Part shown: in pieces, positions 47,353-53,405 of the stretch
How the letters are laid out: the number at the start of each line of letters is the position of its first letter
Numbering within the stretch: the stretch's first letter is position 1
IMG/VR virus record: IMGVR_UViG_3300042402_002711
Coordinates: 1 to 53,405 of that record
Length of the DNA: 53,405 bases
Strand: one strand, 5' to 3'
Source: a virus
Lineage: Duplodnaviria > Caudoviricetes
The notes under the pieces: model-generated
What the model saw: only the letters and a program-made list of their open reading frames with translations
The model's database searches: none
What the model was told of the DNA's origin: nothing
Position numbers and translations under genes: made by a program

Positions 47353-50300
47353 TCAATATGTAGGATATCCGTTTTCAGATGTTAGATCGTTTGTTCCGCT
47401 AGACTGCTGCGGAGTGCTTGATGTATTATTAATGATTATTTGAGATACAGTGACTCCTACAGAACTTGTCAATGCTCCAGTTTCTGGATCAACATTTCCA
47501 AGATTCAAGACATATCGGCTATTGTTGACAAAACCTGTTTGTGCAACAGGATCGAAAAGTTCTGCTGCACTGAGGAAATCATCAGATGAATATCGAACAG
47601 CGAATTTTGCATCTCTTGGGTCTAGAGATCCTGCTCCTTGATTACCAAATACACCACTCTCTAGAGCAACTTGATCTGTTATGACAAGTTCGCTTCCGTT
47701 TTTGTTTCCTGCGTATCCTATCAGAGTTGCTGGTTTTATAAGACCAGAACCTAAAACAGATCCACGGTATAGAGGCTGTATTCTTACTCCTGTTCTAATA
47801 TCGTAATAACCAAAATTGGCAATTCTTCCTGCAAAGGCAATCTTTGCAGAATCTCTTATCTCAACATCGTAGTTTGGAAGAATAAGATTCAGTGGTCTTT
47901 GTGGGGTTGTATAAGCAGTATTACTAGAAACACAAATGGTGTTCAGAACAAGAGAAGATGTGTCAGCAGTGCAAGCCAGAACCTCTTGATTTATTCCAAA
48001 AGTTTCTTGAGCATTTCCTGTTGCACCCTCTACTATTTGTGCAGCGGTGTTTGTGCTTTTACAGACATTATAGCCTGTTGGAACTGACCCACCGAAACTT
48101 CCTGGAACAGATTCTCCAGCAGAAAAACCTAAACCAAAAACAAGGCAAGCGGGCAGATATCCCTTGCAGGCTAATATCTTTCCTATGGTCAAACCGCTTT
48201 CAGCACCGTAAGCAGTTGAAAGAAGTCCAGTTATTTTTTGATAACGGCTCTTTGATGCTGGTATTTGTCCAGTTAGCCCAACAGAATCTGCATAGGGTAT
48301 GCATAATGATGCAACAGGTGTATCTTTTACAAGAATATCATCCATAACATCGTCAATATCTGTTCCATTTTCGATGTAGGCTGCATCGTCGCAATACCGA
48401 TATCCAGAGTCACAGGTAGATCCTGCTGACGCTCCACCGTAGCAATAACCAACTGTAGGTGAGTAAACACAATTGACACTCTTTAGTTTGCCCAACTCCC
48501 CGCCAAGTCTAGAATTGTTATATGTTTCAAAGAAAGATGCATTAATAAAAGAGTCTGTTGAAGAGGCAAGACCAGATATTCCATTGAACTTTGATTGGGA
48601 TATATTTGTTGGATTTTCAAAATTATAGTAAGGTTCTGTATATCCAAAGTACAAATCCCATTCTATTGGTTCTTTTGCAGAATCGCCACAAACAATCGTT
48701 GACATATCGTTTGCTACTATTCCATCTTTTCTGTTTGAAGACGCTATGATATCGAATGCTCTTATTTCTCCCGAAGAAAACGCATGAACACCATTTCCAT
48801 AGTTATAACAAGCCCTTCCAGAGTTTATTGTAAGAAGACTTCCATTAGAGCAGAAATAACCATCAGAACCATTAAAGCAAGAGAACGAAGAGTCTCCGTT
48901 AATAAAACTCTTTGAAACAGCAACTATTCCATATTTAGAAGAGCAAGTGGAAATAGAAGCATAGGCATTGATGTATGAATTCTCTGAAGAATAGTAGTTT
49001 GCAAACTGATTTCCAGCCGCAACTGTTCTCGGAGCATTTATATTTGAATGGTTTCTTGACTCGAATCCAGTATAGTTGCAGCAAGAGAATGCTCCAACCT
49101 CTCTAAACACTTCTGGATCGGAAAACTTGTCAGCCAAAACATTTATGCTAGACTTGTTATTTGCAAAGAATCCGGCTCCTTTGAGGAAGCCTATTGCACC
49201 AACTTGATGTAGATTTACAGATGAACTGTTCTCAACACGAACTCCATGTCCACGACTTCCGGACTTGGACACTAATAGAATGTTCTTCAGTTCTGGTGGT
49301 TTATTTGCATTTGCTATAACAAATCCATCAGATGTGCACTCAATTATAGTCTTAAATCCCTTTGCTCTGAAATCATTAGTATCTCTGTAATTTCTTATAG
49401 ATGTGTTTAGACCTGTTGTCTGTGCAAGCCGTGAGTACTGCTCCCAAGAATCTCCAAGAGGCTCTTCGTTGTTTGTCGAGTCAAGATACATTCCTGTCAA
49501 ACCAACTCTATTTGGAATTATAGTGTTTATTCCTAAATTATTGAGAACAGGAATATACAGGGTATTGTCGTGATTGCTTATATCTGTGAAAAATGTTGTT
49601 GGTTCTTTATCAAGATCATATGTTGCACCATATCCAAATTCTACTGCAACTCTATAGCCAGGAAGAGAAGCAGAATCCCCTGACACTCCTGATGTTAATC
49701 CAGAGAAGAAAAGAGGATCTTGAAGAACAGTCGAAGAACCGTATCCTTGTTCATATCTTCCTACAATTCCTTGTGGAGTCAAGTATGCTCTTCTTGCAAA
49801 TGTGGCAACATATTCAACCAATCCCATTGTATATGTGGGATTTGGATTTTTGATTTGAACAGTAACATAATCAACTTTATTACTAGGATTTGCGTTAACA
49901 TTCAAGTCAGAAACAGTTCTTGAATCCAAATCAATTTTGTCTACTATCTTATGGACTCCAATAATAAGAGATGCTCTTAATTTTTCGGCTGTTACTGGAT
50001 ATGGTGTTGCGAATTGTCTTCCATTAGTAGTATCTCTGAACTGAAAGAAAGACGGATTAAGATACTTTTGATATCTGTTATCATAAACAGCAAGATACTC
50101 TCCTATTTTGAGACTATTTCCATTACTTACTATCAACTGTGCATAGAATCCATTTTCAGCAGCAAGAGTTGTTCCTGTGTAGTATTCTCCCTCTATCTTT
50201 ATTTTTCCGTGATCGACGGCATCATAGTAAGAGACACCCAATACAGAGTGATCCGTTGGTGCTTCACCCTCAATAACTAGTCTGTCTGAAACAGGGTGGT

Positions 50301-50580
50301 CAACAACAACAGGATTCAAGAAACGATGATATCCTGGTTGCACTCTTGCGTCTATTTTAGAACCTGTTATACCAGATAATTTGATTGTTATTTTTACTTC
50401 ATCATCTATAAATTGGTCATTTAGAGAGTTAAGAGTTTCTTGTATGAGGATATTTGAAGCGGTTTCTCCAACTTCAATTGTCTCATATGGAGAAGAAATA
50501 GGCGTGCCGACAGACAGTTTCTTATAAAAACTGCTGTCTAGATTTGATACATCGAAGTTGAAACCAGAAGAATTTGCCAT
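47353..50580 (-). CDS. Large tailspike-like beta-helix protein, paralogue of 44055-47339
   Basis: Same periodic repeats and shared N-terminal blocks. ATG 50580 with SD GGAG. Confidence 0.7.
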   Translation of the reverse strand: MANSSGFNFDVSNLDSSFYKKLSVGTPISSPYETIEVGETASNILIQETLNSLNDQFIDDEVKITIKLSGITGSKIDARVQPGYHRFLNPVVVDHPVSDRLVIEGEAPTDHSVLGVSYYDAVDHGKIKIEGEYYTGTTLAAENGFYAQLIVSNGNSLKIGEYLAVYDNRYQKYLNPSFFQFRDTTNGRQFATPYPVTAEKLRASLIIGVHKIVDKIDLDSRTVSDLNVNANPSNKVDYVTVQIKNPNPTYTMGLVEYVATFARRAYLTPQGIVGRYEQGYGSSTVLQDPLFFSGLTSGVSGDSASLPGYRVAVEFGYGATYDLDKEPTTFFTDISNHDNTLYIPVLNNLGINTIIPNRVGLTGMYLDSTNNEEPLGDSWEQYSRLAQTTGLNTSIRNYRDTNDFRAKGFKTIIECTSDGFVIANANKPPELKNILLVSKSGSRGHGVRVENSSSVNLHQVGAIGFLKGAGFFANNKSSINVLADKFSDPEVFREVGAFSCCNYTGFESRNHSNINAPRTVAAGNQFANYYSSENSYINAYASISTCSSKYGIVAVSKSFINGDSSFSCFNGSDGYFCSNGSLLTINSGRACYNYGNGVHAFSSGEIRAFDIIASSNRKDGIVANDMSTIVCGDSAKEPIEWDLYFGYTEPYYNFENPTNISQSKFNGISGLASSTDSFINASFFETYNNSRLGGELGKLKSVNCVYSPTVGYCYGGASAGSTCDSGYRYCDDAAYIENGTDIDDVMDDILVKDTPVASLCIPYADSVGLTGQIPASKSRYQKITGLLSTAYGAESGLTIGKILACKGYLPACLVFGLGFSAGESVPGSFGGSVPTGYNVCKSTNTAAQIVEGATGNAQETFGINQEVLACTADTSSLVLNTICVSSNTAYTTPQRPLNLILPNYDVEIRDSAKIAFAGRIANFGYYDIRTGVRIQPLYRGSVLGSGLIKPATLIGYAGNKNGSELVITDQVALESGVFGNQGAGSLDPRDAKFAVRYSSDDFLSAAELFDPVAQTGFVNNSRYVLNLGNVDPETGALTSSVGVTVSQIIINNTSSTPQQSSGTNDLTSENGYPTY

Positions 50581-50595
50581 ATTTTCTCCATCCAA

Positions 50596-52236
50596 TCAGT
50601 ACACAAACTTTATGTTATTTATTGTCAAAATATTTGGTTTGAATTGTGAACCTGTTGCCGTTGAAAGATAGTAAGAGAACTTGAAAGCAGGAGTTGATGT
50701 TCCGTTTACAGTTGCCTGATATATCTGTGCAGCAATTGTTGCATGGAATGGTATTTTGATTTTATTGGAACCATTTGCATAATGCGGAAGAGTTATCGTG
50801 TCTATAGTATCAAGACCCGTTGTTCCACCAAAACCTATCAAATTGATATTGACTGTTCCATCTGTGCTTCCTGGATTTGGCTCAATCTCAATAGAGCCAT
50901 GAAGATGTACAATTCCTTTTCTTCCCAGAGGAGCACTTGTTCCTGTTAAAGGAGTGACCAGTGCAGAAGGTCTTGGAGAACCATTTTTGTGTATAAGATT
51001 TGCAGTGGTATTGGTGTAAATATTTGAACCAGAAGGAGATATGGTCTTAAAAGTTATGCTATCTCCGTCGATTTCATCAACTACAACAATGTCATCGGCA
51101 CTCACTGTGTCTGTGTCTATTGTCAGATCAACAAGATTTGATAGTTTGTTGCTTACAAATTTCCACTCTGCGCCATCAAATCTAATTAGATCTCCGCTTT
51201 CTGGAATATCAGTCTTATCCACATTTGTTAGGCTCTCAACATTCACATCAAGAAGTGCAAATTCTGATTCAGCCTTTGCCCGTATTATCCAGTTTGCAAC
51301 AGAGTAAGGAGGCATATTATTGTGTGGAGAGTTTCCACCGACTGCATCTGTTTTATAGGAAGGAGCAATAAACCCATCTGCTGGTTTTGTAGCAGAGGTT
51401 CCATCATAGTCAAAATTGGGAGATCCAACACGATCATCGCTTCCCCACCAATGGTCTACTCCTCCTGTATCTGTTACTGCTGGCTTATGACTGTGTGCTG
51501 GCATTTCTGCGACAGACAGTGTGTGTTTTTCCTCTCCACCAAATTCTCCTATAAATCTTGTTGTCAGATTTTGAGCCGCACCAGCACCAACAAGAGTTCT
51601 TCCACGAAAATCAGGTAATTTGAATCTTCCGTCGATTACTTCTCCATATACAGAGCCAATAAGCCTGTAGAGTTCTGGATACGAATCAATGCTTACATAA
51701 GATCCATCACACAATAGCCAGTTTTTTGGTATAAGAGTCGTATTTCCTATAAAAGGAGAAACAGTTCCAACAGGTTGGATTGCAGAAATATTGACATATC
51801 CACGATAAGATATACCATTGACTATCCCGGGCATTCCTAGAATATGATATCCACCATCAACTACTTGCACTATTGGTATTCTTGTTGTACCCAATGCAAC
51901 TGGTGGGGTTGATTTTACAGATCCTGCTGTTGTTTCGCTTAAGTAGAAGACAGAACCTAATTCTTGTGTTCCATTTATACCTTTGATTGTTGCATTTGCT
52001 ATAAATCCTTGAGTGACCACTGTATAGTTTCCGTTGCTAAGAGCAGTAACCACACCAACAACAGAAGATTTAGTTCTGTCTGCTGCGTTAGCAAGTACCA
52101 ACTTTCCTCCGCTATATGCAACAACAGAACCTATGGTTATGTTGCTATCTGCAAGAGAGGTTTTTATCTCTATCTTATTTGTTGGTTGAAGATATACTTC
52201 AAACGGACTGTTTCCAAATATTCTTGTAGTTGACAT
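50596..52236 (-). CDS. Tail fibre protein with phage tail collar domain
   Basis: PVGTVSPF, NWLLCDG, YPELYRLIG, FKLPDFRGR, GGEEKHTLSVAEMPAHSH and PHNNMPPY. Confidence 0.85.
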   Translation of the reverse strand: MSTTRIFGNSPFEVYLQPTNKIEIKTSLADSNITIGSVVAYSGGKLVLANAADRTKSSVVGVVTALSNGNYTVVTQGFIANATIKGINGTQELGSVFYLSETTAGSVKSTPPVALGTTRIPIVQVVDGGYHILGMPGIVNGISYRGYVNISAIQPVGTVSPFIGNTTLIPKNWLLCDGSYVSIDSYPELYRLIGSVYGEVIDGRFKLPDFRGRTLVGAGAAQNLTTRFIGEFGGEEKHTLSVAEMPAHSHKPAVTDTGGVDHWWGSDDRVGSPNFDYDGTSATKPADGFIAPSYKTDAVGGNSPHNNMPPYSVANWIIRAKAESEFALLDVNVESLTNVDKTDIPESGDLIRFDGAEWKFVSNKLSNLVDLTIDTDTVSADDIVVVDEIDGDSITFKTISPSGSNIYTNTTANLIHKNGSPRPSALVTPLTGTSAPLGRKGIVHLHGSIEIEPNPGSTDGTVNINLIGFGGTTGLDTIDTITLPHYANGSNKIKIPFHATIAAQIYQATVNGTSTPAFKFSYYLSTATGSQFKPNILTINNIKFVY

Positions 52237-52248
52237 CTATCTCTCCTA

Positions 52249-53403
52249 TTAGGCCAGTCCTGTGAGTTTATTGTTTATAGTTCCAGAGAAACCAGAAGCG
52301 TCAAGCGTATAGACGGTTTCAAAATATCTATGATAGGTAATGGAAGTTGGATCTGTTTCACGGAAAACAGAAATGTGATTCTTTTTCAGAGAATACGGAT
52401 CAGTTGATCCACAGGCTCCCTCTATTCCCTGTTTGGTTATGTCTATTGCTGTTTTTATTGCTGGCAATTGAGCCATAGTTGTGTTTATATTTGTTCCTGT
52501 AAATAGTTTTGGTCCACTTGAACCTGTGCTGATTGGATAATATCCACCATGAGCAAGAACTATGTTTTGGAAATAACGATCACACTCTATCTTTTCTTCG
52601 GCATATGATTTCTTTGAGTAAGGTTTTACTTTCATTCCCTTTGATAGTTGTAGTGCTGTCACTATGAAGGATTCACCCTCATTAAGAGATCCAAACTCTA
52701 TGAATGGTGCTACGAATGAATCGCCCACTCCTGTTGCCCCCGTGTATGAAAGGGATTCGGATGAGAATGCAAACTGATACCTATCATAAGTTGAGCCAAC
52801 ATTCAAAGAGTAGAAATTACCACCACTTGTTCCAACTCCATCCGATATGAACACATTAGAAGACTCTGTTACTGCATATGTTGATCCACTAGGCCAAACG
52901 AACGCAACACCTGTTGTGATTCCCATCGTTCCTATTGTATCCGATTTAGCATAGAAAGAGAAATTCATGTCATGGTCTGATAGAGTTCTGTGATCTGGAA
53001 TGACTGCATAAAGACGGCACTTTCCAGATCCGCTACTCTGCGTGAATTTTAATTCATAATTTGGTCTTTGTGGTAGAGAATCTAATTGACTTCCTGTTAG
53101 TTGCTGTCTCTCCACACACATGACTCTTGTTCTGTTTATTGTATCAAAGAAGTATCCGTCTGCAACATAACCTGATAGCAGATAAAATGGACTATCTGTA
53201 GAATAAGATGCACCATGTGGATATTCGACAACGGATGTTCCACCAAATGTCACACCATTGGCAGTAGAACCTTCCGCACCGTTGTAGGTTCCCCCGAATG
53301 TATCAAGACGAGTCCAAAGATCTATTCCAGAATTGAGAATCTTATTTCTGTTACCACCAATTTCTCCTAATAGTTCTGGATTGTCTATTTCTCCTGTATC
53401 AGT
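52249..53403 (-). CDS. Tail fibre / carbohydrate-binding-module protein, 5' end beyond the window
   Basis: The frame stays open upstream of the track start at 53253 to the window edge (…NRNKILNSGIDLWTR…). Contains EEKIECDRYFQ, resembling the RNxIINGxFxIWQR / ELxxCQRYY fibre motifs. Confidence 0.7.
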   Translation of the reverse strand, partial: TDTGEIDNPELLGEIGGNRNKILNSGIDLWTRLDTFGGTYNGAEGSTANGVTFGGTSVVEYPHGASYSTDSPFYLLSGYVADGYFFDTINRTRVMCVERQQLTGSQLDSLPQRPNYELKFTQSSGSGKCRLYAVIPDHRTLSDHDMNFSFYAKSDTIGTMGITTGVAFVWPSGSTYAVTESSNVFISDGVGTSGGNFYSLNVGSTYDRYQFAFSSESLSYTGATGVGDSFVAPFIEFGSLNEGESFIVTALQLSKGMKVKPYSKKSYAEEKIECDRYFQNIVLAHGGYYPISTGSSGPKLFTGTNINTTMAQLPAIKTAIDITKQGIEGACGSTDPYSLKKNHISVFRETDPTSITYHRYFETVYTLDASGFSGTINNKLTGLA

Positions 53404-53405
53404 AT

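Noticed and set aside
1-53405. Stop-codon reassignment, introns, inteins, homing endonucleases, tRNAs
   Set aside because: Core genes are full length in the standard code and end in TAA, TGA or TAG. No insertions were seen in gp17, gp23, uvsW or gp46, and no tRNA-like sequence was seen in the few gaps.

Overview
This 53.4 kb window comes from a large T4-like (T4 superfamily, non-coliphage type) myovirus genome. Every credible gene is on the minus strand. Read in the direction of transcription (right to left), the order is: a variable tail-fibre/tailspike region, neck and tail genes gp13-gp14-gp15, terminase gp16-gp17, sheath gp18, two tandem tail-tube gp19 paralogues, portal gp20, a gp67-like core gene, gp21-gp22-gp23, gp3-like, uvsY, uvsW, an Sm-like hypothetical, gp55, gp47, two inserted paralogous genes (one with a ParB-like domain), gp46, two hypotheticals, rnh, gp45-gp44-gp62 and regA. 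After regA, where T4 has gp43, there is a ~13 kb glycosylation island of 15 genes: six glycosyltransferases, five nucleotide-sugar enzymes, an aminotransferase, a GNAT, two methyltransferases and NadE. The island ends in a GT2-TPR protein, a small adaptor-like protein and a Thr-rich collagen-like protein that runs off the window edge. The best candidate for an undescribed system is a late-expressed virion O-glycosylation apparatus, with a G-x-T motif scattered through the structural proteins as its possible sequon. Other notable points are a divergent late promoter (A/C)TACATA, a perfect 54-bp repeat shared by the two tube genes, and the paralogous putative internal-protein pair splitting gp47 from gp46. 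All product calls come from motif recognition and synteny by eye; no database searches were run.
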